Source: Gemmatimonadota bacterium
Lineage (GTDB): Bacteria > Gemmatimonadota > Gemmatimonadetes > Gemmatimonadales > GWC2-71-9
Assembly: GCA_022562295.1 (NCBI GenBank)
Contig: JADFPO010000002.1
Coordinates: 21,795-66,372, forward strand
Length of the DNA stretch: 44,578 nt
Direction: 5' to 3'
Shown: positions 9,574 through 16,997 of the stretch, in pieces
Position numbering within the stretch: position 1 is the stretch's first letter
Layout of the letters: each line of letters begins with the position of its first letter
Made by a program: the position numbers and the translations under genes
The notes under the pieces: model-generated
Seen by the model: only the letters and a program-made list of their open reading frames with translations
The model's database searches: none
Told to the model about the DNA's origin: nothing

Positions 9574-10403
9574 CGGGTTAGGATCCTCACCGTGTCGCTT
9601 TGGGTTTGCCGGAGCTGGATCGTGGTTCCCATCGACTCAAGTAGCACTTTGCTGTGGAGCTCGTCCCGCCTGATAGAACCCAAAAATGTTCCCTCGGCGG
9701 AGAACGAAGACACTCCCGACGTGCTTCCGGTACCGCGCACCGAGAACGGCTGGCTCATCTGCTCGCCGATGCCGGTAACAGTATACTCGCGTTCCCAATC
9801 GATGCGGATCGTAGCACCTGGACCCTGACCCTCCCACTCGCGGGCGCCGTATCTCGTAATGGCCATGACCCTCAACTGGGCACCCCCCTGTTCGCGGGGT
9901 GCTTCGGTCGTGTCGACCCACACGAGCCCTGGGCGTATGCCGCCTGGCGGCAGGTGGGGAAAGAAATCGCGAAGCTGGTTCACCAGTTGATCGAGAAGGG
10001 GTGATCGTGCGCCCCGCAGCCTACGGACCTCGAGTTGACCGGTGGGGGCCATCCGCCCGACAAACGTCGCGCCTGAGGCGTCGGCTATTTCGCGCGCATC
10101 GATATTCGAAGCCGTTGCCTGGGTCACCGTGTCGACGACGAAGGTGACGTCGAAGGCCGAATCGGCTCGGGCTATTTCGGCGGTGACGCGATACCGCAAA
10201 ATCGTGCCCTCCGTACGCGCTTGTCCCTCGATGCCGCGATCGATGGTTCGGTGGGACACGGAAACGTATGATGCGATCGTGGGATGGAAGGTGAGTGCAA
10301 GGGGGAGAGGGGGGGGCTGGTCCTCCGCCGACCGGCCCCCAAAACCAACACACGCCGTCACGAAGCATGTCACGACGGCTAATCCCCTTGGGGAGGCATG
10401 CAT
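9570..10403 (-). CDS. Hypothetical beta-rich probable lipoprotein
   Basis: Lipobox-like FVTAC after a hydrophobic stretch. ATGA overlap with the downstream gene. Confidence 0.65.
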   Translation of the reverse strand: MHASPRGLAVVTCFVTACVGFGGRSAEDQPPPLPLALTFHPTIASYVSVSHRTIDRGIEGQARTEGTILRYRVTAEIARADSAFDVTFVVDTVTQATASNIDAREIADASGATFVGRMAPTGQLEVRRLRGARSPLLDQLVNQLRDFFPHLPPGGIRPGLVWVDTTEAPREQGGAQLRVMAITRYGAREWEGQGPGATIRIDWEREYTVTGIGEQMSQPFSVRGTGSTSGVSSFSAEGTFLGSIRRDELHSKVLLESMGTTIQLRQTQSDTVRILTR

Positions 10404-10406
10404 GCA

Positions 10407-10625
10407 CTATTTGTCCTTGAGGTCTGTTCTCGTGCGACCGAATACCGCAACCATCTCCCGCCGGTCGGTCTGAACACGGAGCAGCTTCCAGCCCCGCCGC
10501 AGCATCTCCCGCCGCCAGCCGATGAGGCGACTCCATTGCTCCTGGCTCGTCCGGAAGACCCTTACTTCCGCAACGTCCTCCCACTCTTGGGGGTAAGGAA
10601 GAGATTCTTCCTTGGTAGGGTTCAT
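10407..10625 (-). CDS. Small hypothetical protein (72 aa)
   Basis: Compact ORF directly downstream of rnpB, ending 3 nt before the next ATG. Confidence 0.65.
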   Translation of the reverse strand: MNPTKEESLPYPQEWEDVAEVRVFRTSQEQWSRLIGWRREMLRRGWKLLRVQTDRREMVAVFGRTRTDLKDK

Positions 10626-10673
10626 GGATCCGAAGGTCGTGTCTCAACCACCTGCTGCCCCGGGGTGGACATG

Positions 10674-11035
10674 GGGGTGGCGGAGTCGTAAGCCGAGTCC
10701 TGTTCGCCGTGCTGGCGGATGGTCATCTATCTGGGACGGCAGTCGCCTGTCGCCTCTAGCGGCCTACCCGCGGTTCAAACGGTCCGGGCAGGACCTCACC
10801 GCCTATTTGGCCTTGCTCCGACTGGGGGTTACCCTGCCACGGCTGTTGCCAACCGCGCGGTGGGCTCTTACCCCACCATTTCACCCTTACCCGAAAAATC
10901 GGGCGGTTTGTTTTCTGTGGCCCTGTCCGTCGTCTTTCGACGCCCAGGCGTTACCTGGCAATCTGCCCTATGGAGCTCGGACTTTCCTCGACCCGGCCGT
11001 AGCACGGGCCGCGACCATCTCACTCCACCAACCCC
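10674..11035 (-). ncRNA. rnpB: RNase P RNA (bacterial type A)
   Basis: Minus strand has 5' GAGGAAAGTCCGAGCTCC and 3' ACAGGACTCGGCTTAC (P4 elements). P1 pairs GGGGTTGGTGGAGT with ACTCCGCCACCCC. Internal GGGTAAGGGTGAAA and GAGCAAGGCCAAATAGG. Confidence 0.96.
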
Positions 11036-11188
11036 TTGTCCGGTAGAAAGATAGCGGTTGGTTGCCTCCCGCTCCAGAGTCCAGATTGCCGCGACACCAG
11101 CAACGTTGAAGGCGCGCTCCTCGCGTTTGAGGACGCGTTGAGCTACCACCTCCAATATTCGTCCGCCCCCGCTGGTGAGGCATGCGAA

Positions 11189-12040
11189 ATGGTATCAAGG
11201 ATTGGGATGGTGGCGACTGTTTTGGACGACGTCGAGCGCTCGCGCCTCGACGCGGCCGCTGGTGAATATGTCTCCGCGGTGCATACCAAGGACATGGATG
11301 AAGCCATTCGCGCCGTGCGGGAGCAGCCTATCAACGCGGTGCTCGTCTCGCCCGGCTACGTTTCCCGCCGCGACTTGATGGGTGTGGCTCGCCTGGTACG
11401 CGAGTTCCCTGGCGTCCCGACCATCGCCATCGTGTCCCGACCAGATGCTCAGTCCAGCGAACGGCTTCTCGAGCTGGGCAAGTCCGGGGTTCAATCGTTG
11501 GTCGACTTGAGCCGGAAGGATGGATGGCGCCGCTTGCGATCGGTTGTTGGTCAGAATGGAGCGGCGACCGCGTCCCGTATTCTGGCAGCGGTATGGCCTG
11601 CACTCGCGGGCGCAGCGGAGGGCACGGTGCGGTTTTTTGAGACTTTGGTGATCGTCGCCCCCCGAACTCCAACCGCCAAATCCTTGACCACGCATCTCGC
11701 GGTCCGTCCGAGCACGTTCACTTCCCGCTTCTTTCGCGCTCGCCTGCCGTCCCCCAAGCGATACCTCTCCGCCGTCCGGCTCGTCCACGCAGCGGGTATG
11801 CTCGAGATTCCCGGCATGTCGCTGAGCGACGTCGCTTACCGGCTCGAGTACTCGTCACCGCAGAGCTTCAGTCGTCACGTGAAGACCTCGACCGGGATGA
11901 CCGCCGGTGAGTTTCGCGAACGTGTGGGATTTGCCTCAGCCCTGGACGATTTTTCTGCCCGCTTGATCCTGCCCTTCCGGGCCACGTTCCGCACCTTCCA
12001 TCCGTTTGAACATGGGGTGGGAAACCCGGAATGCAGTTAG
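11189..12040 (+). CDS. AraC-family HTH transcriptional regulator with receiver-like N-terminal domain
   Basis: C-terminal SLSDVAYRLEYSSPQSFSRHVK...GMTAGEFR. Start uncertain (ATG 11189 preferred). Confidence 0.8.
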   Translation: MVSRIGMVATVLDDVERSRLDAAAGEYVSAVHTKDMDEAIRAVREQPINAVLVSPGYVSRRDLMGVARLVREFPGVPTIAIVSRPDAQSSERLLELGKSGVQSLVDLSRKDGWRRLRSVVGQNGAATASRILAAVWPALAGAAEGTVRFFETLVIVAPRTPTAKSLTTHLAVRPSTFTSRFFRARLPSPKRYLSAVRLVHAAGMLEIPGMSLSDVAYRLEYSSPQSFSRHVKTSTGMTAGEFRERVGFASALDDFSARLILPFRATFRTFHPFEHGVGNPECS

Positions 12041-12101
12041 TGCGAACGGAGTTCGGTTGGGTAGGATCAAGATGGACCCGGAGCTGTGCAGCCCCGTCGT
12101 G

Positions 12102-12692
12102 TTAGTTGCCGGAGTCCGGCCGTGATTCCACCACCCCCAGATCTCGGACGGTAACCATAGTTAGCACGGGGTAGCCGGCTGCCTCGATGGCCTCGCGACC
12201 CCCTTCCATCCGATCAACAACCGCGAGCACCCCTACCACCCGCCCGCCCTCTTCCTCGACGGCCTGGGCCGCTGTCAGCGCTGATTTGCCGGTCGTGATG
12301 ACGTCCTCGACCACGATCACTTGCGAAGCAGCCATGAAGCACCCCTCGATTCGGCGGCCGGTGCCATGGCCCTTTGGTTGCTTGCGCACGGTGAAGGCGT
12401 CCATAACCGGCGGATTGTTGCGGCTGGCCATGGCAATCGCGTAGGCCACGGGGTCGGCACCGAGCGTGAGTCCGCCCACCGATGCGGCATGCCAACCGGC
12501 CTCGGCAATCATGGTCACCCCGAGCGGCCCGATCATCTGTAACCCCTCAGCCGACATCGTGGTGGGCCGGGCATCGACGTAATAGTGTGAGATTTGGCCC
12601 GAGGCCAGCGTGAACTCGCCGATTTGCAGCGAGCGCCGCTTGAGCAGGCCGACCAGGGTGCTGCGGCTGGCCTCGTCGGGAGATTCGGACAT
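12102..12692 (-). CDS. pyrE: Orotate phosphoribosyltransferase
   Basis: GEFTLASGQISHYYVD, VRKQPKGHG, PRPP loop VVEDVITTGKS. Confidence 0.96.
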   Translation of the reverse strand: MSESPDEASRSTLVGLLKRRSLQIGEFTLASGQISHYYVDARPTTMSAEGLQMIGPLGVTMIAEAGWHAASVGGLTLGADPVAYAIAMASRNNPPVMDAFTVRKQPKGHGTGRRIEGCFMAASQVIVVEDVITTGKSALTAAQAVEEEGGRVVGVLAVVDRMEGGREAIEAAGYPVLTMVTVRDLGVVESRPDSGN

Positions 12693-12719
12693 CAAATTCT
12701 ATAGTAGTAGTAAATACTA

Positions 12720-13625
12720 CTACCTTCCAAGCATCGACTTGAACGCCCCGAGCAACCCCGACTTCTTGGTACCGTCGCCTCCCTGCTCCGCCGCCGCCGC
12801 TAGGCCGGCCGCGAACAGCTCCACGGTTTCGGGTCGTTTGCTGGGTTCTCGAGCAAGGCCCTTCATGACAGCCTGCTCCAACTCGTTGGAGAATTTCAGC
12901 CCCTTTCCGGCTTGATTGAGTGGGCGAGGATCAGCGGTGAGCAGTTGCTGAAACAACTCGCGGGGCGATCGGCCGTCGTACGGATGGGCGTCGGTCAGCA
13001 GGAAATAGGCGATGGTTGCCAGGCTGTAAATATCGGCGGGGGCTCCGACCAACTCTCCCGAGAGGGCTTCTGGGGCCACGTACTGGAGCGTCCCGACGAA
13101 GAACCCGGTGCGAGTGAGCCGCTGAGCGGGATCGGCCTGTTCGTCGCGCGCGATCCCGAAATCGAGCAGCATCACTCGTCGGGTTTCCGGGTCGTACACC
13201 ATGTTTTCGGGCTTCAAGTCACGGTGAATGATCCCCGACGCATGGGCTGCTCGGAGCGCACCGGCCAATTGTGTTACGATGTGGGAGACCAGGGAAGGTG
13301 ACAATTTCCCGGTACGATGGACAAAATCAGACAATGGCTCGCCCTCGGCCCATTCGAGAGCCAGGTAATACAACCCATCGGTCTCACCGTAATCGTACGT
13401 TTGTACCACGCTCGGGTGAACCACGCGGGCGCCGTACTCTGACTCACGGAGAAATCGCTTGCGCGCGTTATCATCGTTGCGAAGACGAGGCTTCAGGATC
13501 TTCACGGCGCACTTGCCCCGCTCGGGGTGCTCCGCTCGATAGACCATGGCCGTACCACCCTCCCCCACTCGTTCGAGGAGTTGGTATTCAGCTACCGTCC
13601 GTCCTGCAAGGTTTTCTTGGGCCAT
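12720..13625 (-). CDS. Hanks-type Ser/Thr protein kinase, catalytic domain only (~301 aa)
   Basis: GEGGTAMVY, AVKIL, HRDLKPEN, DFGIAR, GTLQYVAPE, DIYSL. Start set at ATG 13625. Confidence 0.93.
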   Translation of the reverse strand: MAQENLAGRTVAEYQLLERVGEGGTAMVYRAEHPERGKCAVKILKPRLRNDDNARKRFLRESEYGARVVHPSVVQTYDYGETDGLYYLALEWAEGEPLSDFVHRTGKLSPSLVSHIVTQLAGALRAAHASGIIHRDLKPENMVYDPETRRVMLLDFGIARDEQADPAQRLTRTGFFVGTLQYVAPEALSGELVGAPADIYSLATIAYFLLTDAHPYDGRSPRELFQQLLTADPRPLNQAGKGLKFSNELEQAVMKGLAREPSKRPETVELFAAGLAAAAEQGGDGTKKSGLLGAFKSMLGR

Positions 13626-13736
13626 GAGAGGTGGGCGAAAGTATAATCGGTTCTCGGCTTCGGCAAGCTCGCCGGAGCGGCGGATGCTACCTCGACGTAA
13701 AGAGTTGGTCTTCGGTAATTCGATGATAGGGTTGGT

Positions 13737-15986
13737 GTGACCAAAGCGCCGAAACGAAACCGAGACTACGAATCGCCGCGCCGGCGGTGGGCGGCACTGC
13801 TTGCTGCCTGGACGTGTGTCGGTAGCAGCCTCGGTGCCCAGGAGATAGCCGGCGAGCGCGAGATGGGCGAACGGCCTTGGCACACCGCCGTGGCGTTTAG
13901 CGACGGGGTGAGCCAACGGAGGCCGAATCCGATAGAGATCCTACGGGCCGCGGAGGCCGAGGTTGCTCTTGGCAACGGTGATAGGGCGCTCTCGATACTT
14001 TCCCGCCACTCTTTGCCCGATTCGCTCGTCGGTGGAGCCCCCCTCAGCGCGCTGGCCGGAGCCCAGTACTTGGGCGGCGATTTCGAAAACGCCGGCAAGA
14101 CCTTTTTGCAGGCGGCGACGTACGCGACTGGAACCAAGCGTGCCATCCTGCTCGCGCGCGCAGCGGACGCGTACGAGCGAGCCGGTTTGCCGGCTCCGGC
14201 GGGTGAACTGTACCAGCAGGCTGGCGAGGAGATGCCCGAAGTACGCCGGTGGCTCGCACTAAGGAGGGCCAGTGTAGCTGAGGATCCCGTCATGGCCCTG
14301 AAGCTTCTGCACTCGGCTCCATTGGCCGGTCGCACTATAGCCGCGGAGATACGGGCCGCCGCTTTCGAAGCAATGGGTGATTCGGGGGCCGCGATTCGGA
14401 CGCTAGCCGAAGCGCAGCGCTATGCCGCGGCAGGAAGAGTGGCGCTCGCGGCGGGCGATTCGGCGCGCGCCCGCGAGCTGGTGTACCGTGCGGTCGCGAC
14501 CAGCCGAGAAAACGAGGCCACGGCGGGAATCGAGGCGGCACTGGCCGACTTCCCTCCAAGCACCGCACGGGAGCACTTGATGTTGGCTCGTGCCCTGAGG
14601 CGGTTCGGCACGACCGCGGGAGCCTTGGCGCAGGCGCTCGCGGCGTTTGAGGCAGGCGATTCATCGATGGCGACGCGGCTGTTTCTGGGCGAACTCATGG
14701 AGGCCCGTAGGGACAGGCGGGGAGCAATTCGGGTTTATGACGCCGCCGTGCGGGCGGCTGGGGACGACACCGGGGAGGCCGAATATCGCAGTGCACGTGC
14801 CCACCTCCGCCTGGGCGAACGCAATGTGGCCTATGTGGCATTTCGGGCATTTCTCGAGAACCGACCCCACCATGAGAGAGCTCCGGCTGCATTGTTTCTG
14901 ATGGGTGACCTTCGTCAGGACGAAGGCCGGCTGCGGGAAGCCGACAGCTTGTTTTGGGCGTTGCACGAAGCGTGGCCAGGGGATGCGTTCGCGTCGCGTG
15001 CCCGCACGCGTCTTGCTGCCCGGGCCCTGCTCGACAAGGACAGCACGGCCGCGATGGAGATCCTCCGTGCCGAAGTCGAGCACGGAGGGTCGAGAGCGCG
15101 CGCCGCCCATTTCCAGCTTGCGCGGATTGCGCGAAACGGCGGCGACTCGGCGACGGCGATTCGAGAGTGGACCGCCTTGGCGCACCGGGACTCCATTGGC
15201 TACTACGGGACCGCGGCTCGCCAGGAAGCGGGCCTCCCCGAGCCTACATTCGCCGATGCCGCGCGCCCAGCGGTTTCTCGCGGGGTAGCGCGCGAGCTGG
15301 CGGCGTTGGATTTCCTGGACGCTGCGGCAATGGAGCCGGAGTCGGAGGCCCTTCTCGCCTTCTTGACCGACCCGACCCATTGGGAGGTCGGTCAAATCAT
15401 GGACATAGCGGAAGGATTGATTGCGCGGGGCCGGGCTCGATTGGCGATCGACCTGGGCTGGCGGGTGGCGTCGCTGCACCGCTTGAACGATCCGCGCGTG
15501 CTGCGAATCATCTTCCCATGGCCCAATCGCGCGTTGGTGGAGCAGGAAGCCAAGGAATTCGATCTCGATCCCTACCTCATCGCGGCGCTCATCCGCCAAG
15601 AATCGGCGTTCGACGCGGCTGCGATGTCGCGAGCGGGAGCACGAGGTATGATGCAGTTGATGCCCGCGACGGCCCGCGGCTTGGCGCGACAGCTCAAAGT
15701 TGAGTGGAGCGACCGCCTCCTCGGAGTAGCTGACGCGAACGTGCACTTCGGGTCGGCGCACCTCGCGACGATGTTGCGGCAGTACGACGGCGAGGTGGTA
15801 CCCGCGCTCGCGGCCTATAACGCGGGGGGGTCTCGCGTGAGAAGGTGGCTTCGGTTCCCGGAGGCTGGAGATTGGTTCTCGTTCATCGAAAGAATCCCGT
15901 TCCCCGAAACCCGCGGATACATCCAGACCCTGCTGCGGAACCGGGCTCTCTACGCGGGCCTCTACGGCGAGTGGAAGGCACCGTGA
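13737..15986 (+). CDS. Soluble lytic transglycosylase (Slt-like, TPR/helical repeats plus SLT domain)
   Basis: Signal peptide, Ala-rich helical repeats, IRQESAF, GMMQLMP, AAYNAG, IPFPETRGY. Confidence 0.92.
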   Translation: MTKAPKRNRDYESPRRRWAALLAAWTCVGSSLGAQEIAGEREMGERPWHTAVAFSDGVSQRRPNPIEILRAAEAEVALGNGDRALSILSRHSLPDSLVGGAPLSALAGAQYLGGDFENAGKTFLQAATYATGTKRAILLARAADAYERAGLPAPAGELYQQAGEEMPEVRRWLALRRASVAEDPVMALKLLHSAPLAGRTIAAEIRAAAFEAMGDSGAAIRTLAEAQRYAAAGRVALAAGDSARARELVYRAVATSRENEATAGIEAALADFPPSTAREHLMLARALRRFGTTAGALAQALAAFEAGDSSMATRLFLGELMEARRDRRGAIRVYDAAVRAAGDDTGEAEYRSARAHLRLGERNVAYVAFRAFLENRPHHERAPAALFLMGDLRQDEGRLREADSLFWALHEAWPGDAFASRARTRLAARALLDKDSTAAMEILRAEVEHGGSRARAAHFQLARIARNGGDSATAIREWTALAHRDSIGYYGTAARQEAGLPEPTFADAARPAVSRGVARELAALDFLDAAAMEPESEALLAFLTDPTHWEVGQIMDIAEGLIARGRARLAIDLGWRVASLHRLNDPRVLRIIFPWPNRALVEQEAKEFDLDPYLIAALIRQESAFDAAAMSRAGARGMMQLMPATARGLARQLKVEWSDRLLGVADANVHFGSAHLATMLRQYDGEVVPALAAYNAGGSRVRRWLRFPEAGDWFSFIERIPFPETRGYIQTLLRNRALYAGLYGEWKAP

Positions 15987-16543
15987 ACAGAGCCGCCCTG
16001 CGGCGCTTCCTTCACGCAGGTACGTCGTCGATTCTGCTCATAGGGTTGTTGGGCGATTGGCAAACGTTCAGGCTCGCCGTTCACGTACTTCTCGGCGTGG
16101 CGGTTGTCGGTGAGGGCCTGAGGCTGGGGCACGCCGGATTTCGTAGCGCGCTCGCGCGGGCATTCCCTGTGTTCCGGCCGGAGGAATCCGTCAGACTCAG
16201 CGGAGCCTTTTGGTTGGTGGTCGGGTACACGGTCGCGTCCTGGGTGCCCTTCCCAGGTCCGCCCGCCGGTGTTCTCGCGGCGGCGTTCGCGGACCCCGCT
16301 GCCTCGATTGTCGGAACGCGATGGGGCGGGGGTGGTGGTACGGAGGCCGGGCGGAAGAGTTGGGTGGGCACTGTGGCAGCGTGGGCAGCGGCAGCTGCCG
16401 TGCTGATGAGCCTCAGGCTCCCGCTGCATGCTGCCCTGGCCGGGGCCTTCGCCGCTGCGGTGGCCGAAAGGGTTCCGCGGCCCTTCGATGACAATCTCGT
16501 TGTAGCGCCGGCTGTTGCGGCCGTCACGTGGCTGCTGGTCTGA
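15983..16543 (+). CDS. Phytol/dolichol kinase-like membrane protein (CTP_transf_1 superfamily)
   Basis: RR..H, D..A..VG...G, KS..G and DDNL motifs. GTGA overlap with slt. Confidence 0.75.
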   Translation: MNRAALRRFLHAGTSSILLIGLLGDWQTFRLAVHVLLGVAVVGEGLRLGHAGFRSALARAFPVFRPEESVRLSGAFWLVVGYTVASWVPFPGPPAGVLAAAFADPAASIVGTRWGGGGGTEAGRKSWVGTVAAWAAAAAVLMSLRLPLHAALAGAFAAAVAERVPRPFDDNLVVAPAVAAVTWLLV

Positions 16544-16615
16544 CGGAAGCGGTCGGAAATACGCCTCCCCTTGCCGGCCTCACTCCCGCCTGTTCGGGTT
16601 CCCCACCAGGCCATC

Positions 16616-16645
16616 TTGACACATCCGACGCTCTTGCTACAGAAT
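16616..16645 (+). promoter_or_regulatory. Possible sigma70 promoter of csp
   Basis: TTGACA (16616-16621) followed after 18 nt by CAGAAT. Strong SD AGGAGG before ATG 16713. Confidence 0.45.
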
Positions 16646-16712
16646 AGCCAGTGCCGGTTAGGATCGACCGGCGTTCAACCCCGTACGAGTCACTTGCAGG
16701 AGGAGCATTACG

Positions 16713-16922
16713 ATGTCTAAAGGGAAGGTGAAGTGGTTCAACGACGCGAAGGGCTATGGATTCATCGAACAAGAAGGAGACGGTGAGGATGTCTTCGTCC
16801 ATTTCTCAGCGATTCAAATGGACGGCTTCAAGACTCTTGCCGAGGGACAGGAAGTGGAGTACGAGGTAGAGTCGGGCGACAAGGGCCTGCACGCCTCCAC
16901 CGTGGTGCGACCCTCCGCGTAG
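16713..16922 (+). CDS. Cold-shock protein (CspA family)
   Basis: GKVKWFN..KGYGFI (RNP1) and DVFVHFSAI (RNP2). Confidence 0.97.
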   Translation: MSKGKVKWFNDAKGYGFIEQEGDGEDVFVHFSAIQMDGFKTLAEGQEVEYEVESGDKGLHASTVVRPSA

Positions 16923-16944
16923 CGAGTACGCCGGCCATCCCTTG

Positions 16945-16975
16945 AAAACCCCGCCGGCCTCCCGGTGGGGTTTTT
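16945..16975 (+). terminator. Intrinsic terminator after csp
   Basis: Stem AAAACCCCGCCGG / CCGGTGGGGTTTT ending in a T run. Confidence 0.8.
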
Positions 16976-16997
16976 CATACCATGCTACTTTGTGTTT

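Noticed and set aside
10612-11198. Several ORFs overlapping 10.6-11.2 kb
   Set aside because: They overlap the RNase P RNA gene and show no protein motifs.
13626-13916. Long N-terminal extensions in the ORF track (kinase; likewise dnaA 5884, sufC 38763, sufS 40778, Rieske 42702)
   Set aside because: They overlap neighbouring genes or promoters, and family homology starts at the downstream codons used here.
14661-15761. Long antisense or alternate-frame ORFs (also 21540-22811, 35459-36577, 38760-39929)
   Set aside because: Typical shadow ORFs of GC-rich genes, low in complexity and without motifs.
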